A stretch of DNA of 39,667 nucleotides from an uncultured Clostridia bacterium (GCA_944363005.1 CALVTV010000034.1:1-39667), one strand, 5' to 3'. Counted from the stretch's first letter, positions 1 through 9,077 are shown. Numbers and translations: made by a program. The notes: generated from the letters alone by a model not told the origin.

Positions 1-124
1 GTTGGCTCATGTTCGGCGCAAACGCAAGCACCAGGCCCAATATCAGCGATACAATAGCGGCCATAGAAAAGCTTAAGCGAGCCTTTCTTCCCATGGAAAA
101 GATAGACGAATCCGATCCTCTCAT
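1..124 (-). CDS. 5' end of an unidentified, probably membrane, protein that runs off the left edge
   Basis: ATG at 124 on the minus strand, preceded by GGAGGAGGA plus 7 nt. It reads in frame MRGSDSSIFSMGRKARLSFSMAAIVSLILGLVLAFAPNMSQ to the window edge, with a consensus promoter upstream (191-219). Too short to appear in the ORF track. Confidence 0.45.
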   Translation of the reverse strand, partial: MRGSDSSIFSMGRKARLSFSMAAIVSLILGLVLAFAPNMSQ

Positions 125-190
125 CGCAAAATCCTCCTCCACAAGTAAAATATGAACCAGCGAACAGGGCTTGTTCCGATCCTGATATCC

Positions 191-219
191 ATTATAGAGA
201 GCCAGGCTTGGCCTGTCAA
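191..219 (-). promoter_or_regulatory. sigma-A type promoter for the leftward partial gene
   Basis: The minus strand reads TTGACA (219-214), a 17-nt spacer, then TATAAT (196-191). Confidence 0.55.
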
Positions 220-286
220 GTGCGCAGGCAATCCGTTCAATTGGTGCAATGAATTGGAGAAAATGTTAAGAAAATGGATGCGGCAA

Positions 287-315
287 TTGACATCAAAAAC
301 AGCATGGTCTATAAT
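287..315 (+). promoter_or_regulatory. sigma-A type promoter for trkA-trkH
   Basis: TTGACA (287-292), a 17-nt spacer, then TATAAT (310-315). It lies downstream of the first ATG of the track ORF (274), which argues against that start. Confidence 0.6.
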
Positions 316-360
316 GAATCCGAATTGGCGCCGTTCGTGCGCTCTCTTGGAGGAAGATAC

Positions 361-1764
361 ATGCTGCTCAAAGCTGCAAAGAAAAAGGCTTCCGGGATGA
401 AAATCATCATCGTCGGTTGTGGTAAAGTTGGTCATACGCTCACCGAGCGGCTCGTTCAGGAAGGACATGATATCACCATCGTCGATACAAGTGAACGAGT
501 CATCCGGGATACGACGGAAGTATTTGACGTCATGGGGATTCGGGGCAACGGCGCCAGCCTGAGCGTTTTGATGGAGGCCGGATTGCAAACGGCAGATCTG
601 GTCATCGCGGTAACGGGTTCCGATGAACTCAACTTGCTCTGCTGTACCATTGCTAAAAAGGCTGGTAAAAATTTGGCAGCGATTGCGCGAGTCCGCAATC
701 CCGATTACAACCGGGAACTGCCCTACCTGCGTCAGCAGCTTGGCCTTTCCATGATTATCAACCCGGAACTGGAAGCCGCGCGCGAAATTGCCCGCCTGCT
801 TTCCAGCCCCGAAGCGTTGACCATCAGCGCATTTGCCCGAGGGCAGGCAGAACTGGTGCGCTTTCGCATCCCCGGCAAAAATAAGCTCTGCGGCATGTGC
901 ATTTCCGACCTGAATACCATTTTTCATTTTGATTTTCTGGTTTGTGCCGTTGGCCGCGAGGGCGAGGTCCGTATTCCGGACGGTTCCTTCCGCCTTGCCG
1001 ATGGAGATGACATCATGATCGTCGCCTCCACGCGGGACGTTCACAAGATCTTTGAAAGCATCAATTTGCGCAGCACAGCTGTTCGCAGTTGCATGATCAT
1101 CGGCGGAGGCAAGTCCTCCTACTACCTGGCCAGGCTGCTGCTCGAACAGAAGATGCAGGTCAAAATCATCGAGTCCCGGCGCGAGCGTTGCGAGGAATTG
1201 AGCGCCTTGCTTCCGGAAGCCGTAGTCATCTGCGGCGACGGTGGGGATGAAGTGTTGCTCAAAGAAGAGGGCATCGATTCCGCGGAAGCCTTTGTTCCGC
1301 TGACCGGTTTGGACGAAGAAAACATCCTGCTGACGCTCTTCGCCAAGCGCGTGCCGAATCTCAAGACGATCACCAAGATCAACCGCATTACGTTCAACGA
1401 CGTGATCGACGGTTTGGAACTGGGCAGTGTCGTCTACCCCAAGCACATTACGGCGGAATCCATCATCGCATACGTTCGTGCGCGCCAGAATTCCATTGGC
1501 AGCAACGTTGAAACCCTCTATCACCTTTTTGACAATCGCGTAGAGGCTATCGAATTCAACGTTCAAAAGAGCGCGCCGATCGTCGGCATTCCGCTGATGG
1601 ACCTCAAAAACAAGAAAGACGATCTGCTCATTGCCTGCATCAACCGCGGCGGCAAAATCATCTTCCCGCGCGGTCAAGACGCGATTCAGCCCGGCGATTC
1701 CGTCATCATCGTCACCACACATACGGGCCTCAGCGATATCAGCGATATCCTGAAGCAGAGGTAA
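361..1764 (+). CDS. trkA: Trk potassium uptake system, NAD-binding peripheral subunit TrkA
   Basis: Two RCK/TrkA-N Rossmann motifs (MKIIIVGCGKVGHTL and CMIIGGGKSSYYLA). I chose the start at ATG 361 because GGAGGA (349-354) lies 6 nt upstream and it follows the promoter. Stop is TAA. Confidence 0.9.
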   Translation: MLLKAAKKKASGMKIIIVGCGKVGHTLTERLVQEGHDITIVDTSERVIRDTTEVFDVMGIRGNGASLSVLMEAGLQTADLVIAVTGSDELNLLCCTIAKKAGKNLAAIARVRNPDYNRELPYLRQQLGLSMIINPELEAAREIARLLSSPEALTISAFARGQAELVRFRIPGKNKLCGMCISDLNTIFHFDFLVCAVGREGEVRIPDGSFRLADGDDIMIVASTRDVHKIFESINLRSTAVRSCMIIGGGKSSYYLARLLLEQKMQVKIIESRRERCEELSALLPEAVVICGDGGDEVLLKEEGIDSAEAFVPLTGLDEENILLTLFAKRVPNLKTITKINRITFNDVIDGLELGSVVYPKHITAESIIAYVRARQNSIGSNVETLYHLFDNRVEAIEFNVQKSAPIVGIPLMDLKNKKDDLLIACINRGGKIIFPRGQDAIQPGDSVIIVTTHTGLSDISDILKQR

Positions 1765-1768
1765 CGCC

Positions 1769-3235
1769 ATGAATATGAAGAGTATTTCCTATATTCTGGG
1801 CTGGATTCTCAGAATTGAAGCCATATTCATGGCGCTTCCCGTGGTCACTTCGGTGATCTACGAGGAACCGGAAGGCGTCGCTTATCTGGCCGTCATGGTG
1901 ATATGCCTCCTCCTCGGCCAGCTGCTCACGCACAAAAAACCCAAGAACCCCAGTTTTTACGCCAAGGAAGGCTTTGTTACCACCGCGCTCGGTTGGATCG
2001 CGATGAGTTTGTTCGGCTGTCTGCCCTTCATCCTCACCGGAGAGATCCCGAGCTTTGTGGATGCGTTGTTTGAAACGGTATCCGGATTCACCACAACGGG
2101 CGCCAGCATTCTGACCGACGTCGAAGCGATGAGCCATTGTTCCCTCCTCTGGCGCAGCTTTACGCACTGGATCGGCGGCATGGGCGTGCTCGTCTTCCTG
2201 CTTGCGGTTTTGCCGATGGTCGGCGGTTCCAACATGCACTTGATGAAGGCCGAAAGCCCCGGCCCTTCGGTCGGCAAACTCGTACCCAAAGTTCGCTTTA
2301 CCGCGCAAATCCTGTACCGGCTCTACATCGTGCTGACCGTTTTGGAGTTTGTGCTGCTCCTGCTGGGCAAAATGCCCGTCTTCGATGCGCTGTGCATATC
2401 CTTCGGCACTGCGGGCACGGGTGGCTTCGGCATCAAAAACGACTCGATCGCCAGTTATTCGCCGTATCTTCAATGGGTCGTCACCATATTCATGATCCTG
2501 TTCGGCGTCAACTTCAACGTGTACTTCCTGGTCTATATTCGCAAATTCCGCGACGCAGTCCGCTGTGAAGAGATGCGTTGGTATCTGGCCATCATCGCCG
2601 CCGCTATCGCGCTCATCTGCGTCAACGCCTATGATCTGGCTTTGACGCTGGAAAACAATTTGCGCAATTCCGCTTTTCAGGTGGCTTCCATCATCACAAC
2701 GACAGGCTTTGCCACGGTCAACTTTGACCTATGGCCCGAGTTCTCGCGAACGATACTCATCCTGCTCATGTTCTGCGGAGCTTGCGCAGGGAGCACAGGC
2801 GGCGGTATTAAAGTTTCGCGCATTGTCATCGCAGCGAAAGCTATGGGCGCTTATATCGGCTCTTTTCTGCATCCGCGCGCTGTGCGCAGAATCAAGTTTG
2901 AGGACAAGGATGTCGAAACCGAAACCCTTCGAGCCATCTTGGTTTATTTTGTCGCCGTAGTCTTTATTTTTACGGCATCGGTGCTGCTCGTGTCCCTGGA
3001 TAACATGGATCAAGTCACCAACATCACGGCGGTTGCCGCGACGTTCAACAACATCGGCCCCGGCTTAAACGCAGTTGGCCCCACGTGCAACTTCTCCGGC
3101 TTCTCCGGCCTTTCCAAATATGTCATGATATTTGACATGCTGGCTGGACGCCTGGAAATCTTCCCGTTGCTGATGCTCTTCTATCCCCCGCTCTGGAAAG
3201 AAAGTTTAGCGGAAGCGCGCCGCAGAAAACGCTGA
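1769..3235 (+). CDS. trkH: Trk potassium uptake system, membrane subunit TrkH
   Basis: 488-aa polytopic membrane protein with TrkH-type selectivity-loop motifs (TTTGAS, GTAGTGGFG, ITTTGFAT, GSTGGGIKV). It starts 4 nt after the trkA stop, with AGAGG upstream. Confidence 0.9.
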   Translation: MNMKSISYILGWILRIEAIFMALPVVTSVIYEEPEGVAYLAVMVICLLLGQLLTHKKPKNPSFYAKEGFVTTALGWIAMSLFGCLPFILTGEIPSFVDALFETVSGFTTTGASILTDVEAMSHCSLLWRSFTHWIGGMGVLVFLLAVLPMVGGSNMHLMKAESPGPSVGKLVPKVRFTAQILYRLYIVLTVLEFVLLLLGKMPVFDALCISFGTAGTGGFGIKNDSIASYSPYLQWVVTIFMILFGVNFNVYFLVYIRKFRDAVRCEEMRWYLAIIAAAIALICVNAYDLALTLENNLRNSAFQVASIITTTGFATVNFDLWPEFSRTILILLMFCGACAGSTGGGIKVSRIVIAAKAMGAYIGSFLHPRAVRRIKFEDKDVETETLRAILVYFVAVVFIFTASVLLVSLDNMDQVTNITAVAATFNNIGPGLNAVGPTCNFSGFSGLSKYVMIFDMLAGRLEIFPLLMLFYPPLWKESLAEARRRKR

Positions 3236-3252
3236 CCCCAGTATTCATATGA

Positions 3253-3288
3253 AAACCTCCCGGACATGGATTCGGGAGGTTTGTTTTT
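3253..3288 (+). terminator. intrinsic terminator of trkAH
   Basis: The 10-bp stem AAACCTCCCG/CGGGAGGTTT (3253-3282) is followed by GTTTTT. Confidence 0.8.
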
Positions 3289-3397
3289 GCTCTTGCAGAT
3301 CATTCTGCAACCTGTGGGCCAAGAGGAGTATGCGCCCTTCAAAGCCGATCGCTTCAATATGTTGTGCTGCTGATGTTTGCGCTTTGATACATGTACA

Positions 3398-3434
3398 TAT
3401 AAAGGAAGGGTGCTTCGGCATCGCCAAAGCACCC
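3398..3434 (-). terminator. probable intrinsic terminator of the DUF3048 gene
   Basis: The stem GGGTGCTT/AAGCACCC (3408-3434) lies 40 nt beyond the minus-strand stop. It is followed on the minus strand by a T-rich stretch, TTCCTTTATAT. Confidence 0.55.
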
Positions 3435-3473
3435 AGAGGGTCCGTGTTCTGTTTTAAGTGCGACGCAGGAAAA

Positions 3474-4781
3474 TCAGCCACCGAAGTTGAAATCCTGGTC
3501 GCCTTCGTCCTCAACCTCCACCATCGGTTCCGGCGTCGCGGCATTCGCCTTGGGCGTACGGGTCGCCTTGGGCGTGCGGGTCGGCTTCGGCGTAGCGGTG
3601 GGTTCCGGCGTGGGCTGCTGCTCGGCACCCTCGATCATTTCGCCAGCAGATACAAGCACAGGCTGGTCGTTGTTGACGATCTGAATAAACGTCTTGCCGA
3701 CCTTCATCTCCAGCTCCTGGCCATTCTCATCGAGGAACACCATGCGGCTCGCCTGAGAATCAAAGTCGTCCGCGGTCGTAGCGGAATGCGTGCGCACCCA
3801 CGTGCCGCGAATGTACTTGCCGTTCTGGAAGATTTCGCATGTGCCCTGGCCGACCAGCTGAATCACCGGACGGGAATTGTTGTTGTTGAGGAAAGAAACA
3901 TCCGTACGCAGGACAATCACGTTCGCATAGGACGTAGCCATACCGGTCGTCCCGTCGATATACGGTTCGCCGTTGCGATAGCGGTCGTACAGACCGGTCG
4001 CCTCGTTGTAGTAGTACTCGGTGATGTATGCGGGATTGGTCGTCTTGTAGTTGATCGTGATGTGAGAAACATCCGTTCCGCGATCCAGACCCGTTTCCGT
4101 GAACTTGTAGGGATGCTTGGTGGGCTCGCTGGTGAACAAGCCGAGCACCGCCTGCATGTCAATCTGGACGTTGTGCGGCATGACGTGGTTGCCGTCGCTC
4201 TCGCGATGGAACAGGTCGGAATAATTGCGTTCAATGCCCTCAATAAACGGGAAAACCCATCGGCCCTTCTGGCGGGCATCCGGATGCAGATGCAGGGCCC
4301 AGTTGTCCACATCGACGATCAGGTCGTTCTTGGTGGCCGCGTTCTGCCAGCCGTAGAACACCCACGCGCTCCCCCACATCTCACGAATCGAGCCCATCGG
4401 CACACGGCCGGAACGAACCGGGCCGGCATAGTTGGGGATCTGGCTCATGAACAGCGCAACGGAGCGCGTAGAACCATCCTTCTGAATGGGCATCTCGTAC
4501 ATGATGTCCGCAGAAGAAACGCCCCAGTGCGGCAGCGCTTCGGGATGCGCGTCGATGGTAACAAGAATCGGGTAGTAATTGCCGTACCAAACTTCACCGG
4601 TCAGCGGGTTGATACCACTAATGTCCGGATTCTCACCAGGGACGGTGACCGTGATTTTCTTGGAAGCTTCAATACCTGCCGAGGGCAGCTCCAAATAATA
4701 CGACTCCTCCGCAATCGCGGCAGAACAGCACAGCAGGCTGATGAGCAAAGCCGTCACCAACCACTTAGCCATATGATGCAA
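3474..4781 (-). CDS. secreted or lipoprotein DUF3048 (YerB-like) protein with a Pro/Thr-rich C-terminal tail
   Basis: It has a signal peptide with a lipobox-like LLCCSA, and a YerB-like core (INPLTGE...ILVTIDAHPEALPHWGVSSADIMYEMPIQKDGSTRSVALF). The start is ambiguous. TTG 4781 has GGAGGTG 6 nt upstream, while ATG 4796 and ATG 4772 lack a well-spaced SD. Confidence 0.75.
   Translation of the reverse strand: MHHMAKWLVTALLISLLCCSAAIAEESYYLELPSAGIEASKKITVTVPGENPDISGINPLTGEVWYGNYYPILVTIDAHPEALPHWGVSSADIMYEMPIQKDGSTRSVALFMSQIPNYAGPVRSGRVPMGSIREMWGSAWVFYGWQNAATKNDLIVDVDNWALHLHPDARQKGRWVFPFIEGIERNYSDLFHRESDGNHVMPHNVQIDMQAVLGLFTSEPTKHPYKFTETGLDRGTDVSHITINYKTTNPAYITEYYYNEATGLYDRYRNGEPYIDGTTGMATSYANVIVLRTDVSFLNNNNSRPVIQLVGQGTCEIFQNGKYIRGTWVRTHSATTADDFDSQASRMVFLDENGQELEMKVGKTFIQIVNNDQPVLVSAGEMIEGAEQQPTPEPTATPKPTRTPKATRTPKANAATPEPMVEVEDEGDQDFNFGG
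3545..3598. repeat. 18-nt tandem repeat in about three copies (third degenerate) inside the DUF3048 gene
   Basis: TCGCCTTGGGCGTACGGG (3545-3562), TCGCCTTGGGCGTGCGGG (3563-3580) and a degenerate third copy (3581-3598). The copies encode the TRTPKA repeats of the Pro/Thr-rich tail. Confidence 0.7.
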
Positions 4782-4825
4782 CGTAAACACCTCCATATAA
4801 AATGTAAGAGAACCGTACCCATATC

Positions 4826-4854
4826 ATCATAACCTAAATTACGCAAACATGCAA
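4826..4854 (-). promoter_or_regulatory. sigma-A type promoter for the DUF3048 gene
   Basis: The minus strand reads TTGCAT (4854-4849), a 17-nt spacer, then TATGAT (4831-4826). Confidence 0.5.
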
Positions 4855-5014
4855 GCTTTTCGCCTAAAAAACGAAAACTTCGCACGCTTTTACGGATGTG
4901 CGCATTGAATATAGGAAGGAGCGCTTCTTTTGCCAACTCCTCATTTTGCAGGCACAGCGAAATCTCTATGCAAGATTGATAGAGAAAAAGCCCTAAAAAA
5001 TGGCAAACTTGGGG

Positions 5015-5043
5015 TTGCAAAAAGTATAAAATGGCTCTATAAT
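5015..5043 (+). promoter_or_regulatory. sigma-A type promoter for the aminotransferase gene
   Basis: TTGCAA (5015-5020), a 17-nt spacer, then TATAAT (5038-5043). Confidence 0.6.
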
Positions 5044-5093
5044 AATACAGCCATTCATTTTTCGATGTTTGCGAAGCTGAAGGAGGAATTGTT

Positions 5094-6299
5094 TTGTCAC
5101 TGGAGCTTTCTCGCGTGTGCAGCGCGATTTCCCCGTCGCCAACGTTGGCCATTGACGCCAAAGCAAAAGAGATGCGTGCGCTTGGCCGCGACGTCATCTC
5201 GTTCTGTGCCGGAGAACCGGATTTCAAAACGCCGCAGTACATCCGCACCGCTGCCCACGAAGCTTTGGATCTGGGCCTGACGGGCTATACGGCCGTTCCC
5301 GGAACCATGGAGCTGCGCCGCGCCATCTGCGACAAACTCAAGAACGACAATGGTTTGACCTATACGCCTGCGCAGATTGTCGTCTCCAACGGGGCGAAGG
5401 CGTCCCTGTATACGGCAATCAGCGCGCTGCTCAATCCGGGCGACGAAGTGCTCATCCCTACCCCATGCTGGGTTTCCTATCCGGAGATGGTTCGTCTGGC
5501 AGGCGGTGTGCCGGTGCTTGTGCCGGGCGTTCCGCAGAAAAACTTTGTCGTCGAGGCGGCGGACATGGCGCCCTATGTCACAGAGCGTACGAAGCTGTTG
5601 ATCCTCAATTCCCCGAACAACCCGAATGGTTGTGTCTGGAACCGCGAACAGCTGCGCGCCATCGCGGAGCTGGCCGTGGAGAAAAAATTCTACATCATCT
5701 CCGATGAAATCTACGAAAAGCTCATCTACGACGGCGTAGAGCACGTATCCATCGCTTCCCTGGGCGAGGAGATTTACAATCAGACCATCGTCATCAACGG
5801 TGTCTCCAAGACGTTCGCCATGACCGGATGGCGCATTGGTTACGCGGCAGGCCCCGCGCCGATTCTCAAAATCATGAGCAGCCTGCAAAGCCAGATTGCC
5901 AGCTGCAGCAACTCCATTGCGCAGTACGCAAGCGTCGCGGCCCTCAGCGATCCCCGCCGTGATGCCGTCGTTGAGCAAATGCGCGCCGAGTACGACCGAC
6001 GCAGAACACACCTCGTTTCGCGTCTCAATGCGATTCCGGGCATCCGCTGCCTCAAGCCCCAGGGCGCGTTTTACGTGATGATGGAGGTCACCGGCCTGTT
6101 CGGCAAGCATTGCGGCGACCGCGAGATCAACAGTTCCATGGCGTTTGCCGAGTGTCTTCTCGAGCGCGCGGATGTCGCAGTCGTGCCGGGCGATGCGTTC
6201 TGCACGGAGGGCTTCTGCCGCATGTCCTATGCCACTTCGCTGGAAACGATCGACCGAGGCGTCACCCGCATCGCCGAATTTGTCGCTTCTCTCACCTGA
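5094..6299 (+). CDS. PLP-dependent class I aminotransferase (aspartate aminotransferase-like)
   Basis: 401 aa with class I aminotransferase hallmarks (SPNNPNG, and SKTFAMTGWRIGY with the PLP lysine). Starts at TTG with AGGAGG (5081-5086) 7 nt upstream. Confidence 0.9.
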   Translation: MSLELSRVCSAISPSPTLAIDAKAKEMRALGRDVISFCAGEPDFKTPQYIRTAAHEALDLGLTGYTAVPGTMELRRAICDKLKNDNGLTYTPAQIVVSNGAKASLYTAISALLNPGDEVLIPTPCWVSYPEMVRLAGGVPVLVPGVPQKNFVVEAADMAPYVTERTKLLILNSPNNPNGCVWNREQLRAIAELAVEKKFYIISDEIYEKLIYDGVEHVSIASLGEEIYNQTIVINGVSKTFAMTGWRIGYAAGPAPILKIMSSLQSQIASCSNSIAQYASVAALSDPRRDAVVEQMRAEYDRRRTHLVSRLNAIPGIRCLKPQGAFYVMMEVTGLFGKHCGDREINSSMAFAECLLERADVAVVPGDAFCTEGFCRMSYATSLETIDRGVTRIAEFVASLT

Positions 6300-6309
6300 T
6301 TTTCTTCGT

Positions 6310-6338
6310 GCGGCCTGCTTGTGCAGGCCGCGCTTTTT
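6310..6338 (+). terminator. intrinsic terminator of the aminotransferase gene
   Basis: The 9-bp stem GCGGCCTGC/GCAGGCCGC has a 4-nt loop and is followed by GCTTTTT. Confidence 0.85.
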
Positions 6339-6435
6339 GTCGTGGTCAACGGTTTTCATTGACATCGGGTACAAACCCGTGCTAAAGTATAATACAGGAA
6401 ATACGGGGGAATCGTCCCCTTTGATTCGGGAGCGA

Positions 6436-7161
6436 ATGATCATGTTTGAACTGAATATTGAAAAGAGCTGGTGCGACGCGGTGTATGCCCGCAGTTCTGT
6501 GCGCAAATATACCGGAGCGCCGGATAAAGAGCAGCTGGACAGGTTGGGCGTGCTCTGCCGCAAGCTGAGTTGGCAGGGCGTCACAATCCGCATGTTCAAA
6601 GGCCCGGGATTGCGCAGCCAGATTCGGGGCACCGATGTATACGCGGTCATTATCGCCAAGCAGGGCACTCCGATGGAGGTCGAGGGCTTCATGGGTGAAG
6701 CCCTGGTTCTGGAAGCCACGGCCATGGGCCTGGGAAGCTGCTGGCTTGGCGCGGGATATTATCCGGACATCATCAGCCGCAACGTGAACCTGCAAAACGA
6801 CGAAGCCGTTCACTGCGTCATCGCCCTGGGAAAAGCGCAATTGCCCGCATTCGCGCCCAAACGCAAACCCCTTGAAAAAGTTTGCGGCATGACGGAAGCC
6901 CAGCTCGGCGAGTTGGGCACATGGCAGAAGGAAGCTGTACTGGCGGCGCGCGTGGCCCCCAGCGCGATCAATATGCAGCCCTGGAAAATCACTGCGGACA
7001 AAACCAGCGTGACCATCAGCGAACCTACGGCTGTGCTCTACAAAAAGTACGCAGCGTTGGATCGGGGCATCTGCATGCTCCATGCTACTGTGGGCGCTTT
7101 CAAAGCCGGCCGCAAGGCCGCCTGGAAAAAAGTGGACGGCGGATACGCTATGCGGGCATGA
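6436..7161 (+). CDS. nitroreductase family protein
   Basis: Nitroreductase-type motifs are present (RSSVRKYTG near the N-terminus, PSAINMQPW). I moved the start to ATG 6436 because the upstream part of the track ORF overlaps the aminotransferase gene and its terminator. Confidence 0.8.
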   Translation: MIMFELNIEKSWCDAVYARSSVRKYTGAPDKEQLDRLGVLCRKLSWQGVTIRMFKGPGLRSQIRGTDVYAVIIAKQGTPMEVEGFMGEALVLEATAMGLGSCWLGAGYYPDIISRNVNLQNDEAVHCVIALGKAQLPAFAPKRKPLEKVCGMTEAQLGELGTWQKEAVLAARVAPSAINMQPWKITADKTSVTISEPTAVLYKKYAALDRGICMLHATVGAFKAGRKAAWKKVDGGYAMRA

Positions 7162-7174
7162 GTTGCAAACATCA

Positions 7175-7204
7175 AGCGGACAGCAATTGCTGTCCGCTTT
7201 TTTG
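7175..7204 (+). terminator. intrinsic terminator of the nitroreductase gene
   Basis: The 10-bp stem AGCGGACAGC/GCTGTCCGCT has an AATT loop and is followed by a T run. Confidence 0.85.
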
Positions 7205-7279
7205 TTTCTCTCAGATATTCTGTTTGTACAAACCCGGATAGTCCATCGCCTCTCGGGGAAAAGTACTCGCCAAGGGGGA

Positions 7280-8011
7280 ATGCGCATGCTCACTGGCTGC
7301 ATACGAACAGTTATCCTGTTTCTCGTCACCACCGTTGTCGTCCGCCTGATGGGAAAACGTCAGTTGGCGCAACTGCAACCCTACGAAGTGGTCATCATGC
7401 TCATGGTTTCCGACCTGGCAACGCAACCCATGGGCGATGTGGAATTGCCGCTTCTGGGCGGTGTTGTCGCGATTCTAACGCTGCTGATTCTGCATTGCCT
7501 GCTCAGCGCGCTCTCGTTTTCCAGCATGCGCCTGCGCAGGCTCATCTGCGGCAGGCCGAGTGTGCTCGTACGAAACGGAAAAATCTGCGAGCAGGAGCTG
7601 CAACGGCTTTGCTTTGATATGTCTGATTTGATGGAAGGGATTCGCTCACAGGGCGTCATCGGCTTGCAGGAAACCGGCAGCGTCGTTTTGGAGACAAACG
7701 GCTCGCTGAGCGTCTTTCCTTCCGCTGCTCACCGGCCTGCGACCCGCAGCGAGCAGGGCCTTCCGCCGCTCTATGACGGCATTCCGCTGACGTTGATTCT
7801 GGACGGCAAGCTCCAGGAGCGAACATTGCGCATTGCCGGGCTGGAAGTAGGCTGGCTGCGTCGGCTTCTTCAGGCTCAGGGTATCGAGCGGGACGCCGAT
7901 GTGCTTCTTGCCGCGCTGGATACGCAGGGCTCGCTGTTGATTCAGGAAAAAGGCGACCAGGGCCGCCTTTTGAGCATCGATGCGGTATCTCCGGAGAAGG
8001 TGAGGTGGTGA
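7280..8011 (+). CDS. DUF421 (YetF-like) membrane protein
   Basis: The N-terminus has the typical DUF421 signature (VVRLMGKRQLAQLQPYEVVIMLMVSDLA). ATG 7280 is preceded by AAGGGGGA. Confidence 0.8.
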   Translation: MRMLTGCIRTVILFLVTTVVVRLMGKRQLAQLQPYEVVIMLMVSDLATQPMGDVELPLLGGVVAILTLLILHCLLSALSFSSMRLRRLICGRPSVLVRNGKICEQELQRLCFDMSDLMEGIRSQGVIGLQETGSVVLETNGSLSVFPSAAHRPATRSEQGLPPLYDGIPLTLILDGKLQERTLRIAGLEVGWLRRLLQAQGIERDADVLLAALDTQGSLLIQEKGDQGRLLSIDAVSPEKVRW

Positions 8012-8012
8012 T

Positions 8013-8396
8013 ATGCGCAGACGGTTGTGGACCGTTGTGATTGTCTCCGCGCTGCTGTTCGCATTGGGATGGCTTGAGCACGCCGGCGTGACCGATTTGA
8101 CGCAGACGGCCCTCGAGCAAACCCGCTCCATACTCGATGACATTCGCGCACAGGATCTTGAAACAGCCCTGCAAAAAAGCCGCGCGCTCGACGAAATGTG
8201 GGATGCGCGCGCGGTACGTCTGGAGATGATGGTCGATCACCGATCGACGGACGAAGTGCGATACGCGCTTTCCAAGCTCATTGCTGCGCTGGAAAGCGGC
8301 GATCCGGCCTCCGCAATGGTCTATGGCGGAGAACTGGAGGGCAGTATCGAGCATGTCTTTGAACGCCAGGAACTCTCGATCCAAAACATTCTTTAA
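8013..8396 (+). CDS. DUF4363 family small membrane-anchored protein
   Basis: 127 aa with one N-terminal TM helix followed by a helical region. It starts 1 nt after the DUF421 stop, and DUF421-DUF4363 pairing is common in Firmicutes. Confidence 0.7.
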   Translation: MRRRLWTVVIVSALLFALGWLEHAGVTDLTQTALEQTRSILDDIRAQDLETALQKSRALDEMWDARAVRLEMMVDHRSTDEVRYALSKLIAALESGDPASAMVYGGELEGSIEHVFERQELSIQNIL

Positions 8397-8968
8397 GCCA
8401 GCGCGGCCAATTCCACCTGGATGGCAGCCTCATCGGGCTGCATGGCCGCAAGCGTGCGCGAGAGCAGGTCGTCCAGCTCCCATCCCAGCATCTGTGCGCC
8501 CTGCGCGATGACCTCGCGGGAACAGCCTGCCGCAAAGCCCTTGGACTTGTATTTCTTCTTCAGGCTCTTGAGGTCCATGTCCGTGATACTGCCGGACGGC
8601 CGCATTTTCGCGCACGCACCAATCAGGCCGGTCAGTTCATCGCAAGCGAAGAGCACTTTTTCCATCTCATGCTCGGGAACAACATCGGTGCACAAGCCGT
8701 ATCCATGGCAGACCACAGCGTGAATCAAACGCTCCTGAGCGCCGGCGTCGCGCAGGAGTTCCATGCATTTTTTACAATGCTGGTCGGGCCACTGTTCGAA
8801 GTCGATGTCATGCAAAAGGCCGACAATCGCCCAGAAATCGGCCTCATCGCCATAGCCGAGATTTTCGGCCATGCGGCGCATGACCTTCGAAACAGTGATC
8901 GCATGCGCCAGGTGAAACGGTTCGCTGTTGTAACGGCGCAGCAGCGCCATAGCTTCTTCGTACGTCAT
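8393..8968 (-). CDS. HD-domain phosphohydrolase
   Basis: It carries the HD motif (LLHDIDFE) and an upstream His (HLAHAITV). ATG 8968 is preceded by AAGGAG, and a consensus promoter lies upstream. Confidence 0.8.
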   Translation of the reverse strand: MTYEEAMALLRRYNSEPFHLAHAITVSKVMRRMAENLGYGDEADFWAIVGLLHDIDFEQWPDQHCKKCMELLRDAGAQERLIHAVVCHGYGLCTDVVPEHEMEKVLFACDELTGLIGACAKMRPSGSITDMDLKSLKKKYKSKGFAAGCSREVIAQGAQMLGWELDDLLSRTLAAMQPDEAAIQVELAALA

Positions 8969-8997
8969 AGGTACACTCCTTGTCGAAATTTTGCGAT

Positions 8998-9026
8998 GAT
9001 TATAGCAGGATGGAAGCATTTTGTCA
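8998..9026 (-). promoter_or_regulatory. sigma-A type promoter for the HD hydrolase gene
   Basis: The minus strand reads TTGACA (9026-9021), a 17-nt spacer, then TATAAT (9003-8998). Confidence 0.6.
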
Positions 9027-9077
9027 ATTTCTTCCTTCATGCAAGACGGACGCAGCATTTTCTTTAAACGCGCGCTG

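Noticed and set aside
322-360. c-di-AMP (ydaO-type) riboswitch upstream of the trkAH potassium-uptake genes
   Set aside because: The promoter at 287-315 leaves only about 40 nt of leader before the start codon. None of the conserved ydaO elements (ACGGGGTGAATCC, CCCGAATCC) are present.
121-1770. 549-aa minus-strand ORF, together with similar long antisense ORFs (3249-4832+, 5097-6725-, 10955-12250+, 12222-13457-, 13420-14895+, 22128-23477+, 23429-24850+, 24522-26186+, 26143-27255+, 33500-34744+, 37063-37914+)
   Set aside because: Each lies opposite a gene with clear family motifs, good RBS and sensible operon context. These are GC-driven stop-codon-poor antisense frames rather than genes.
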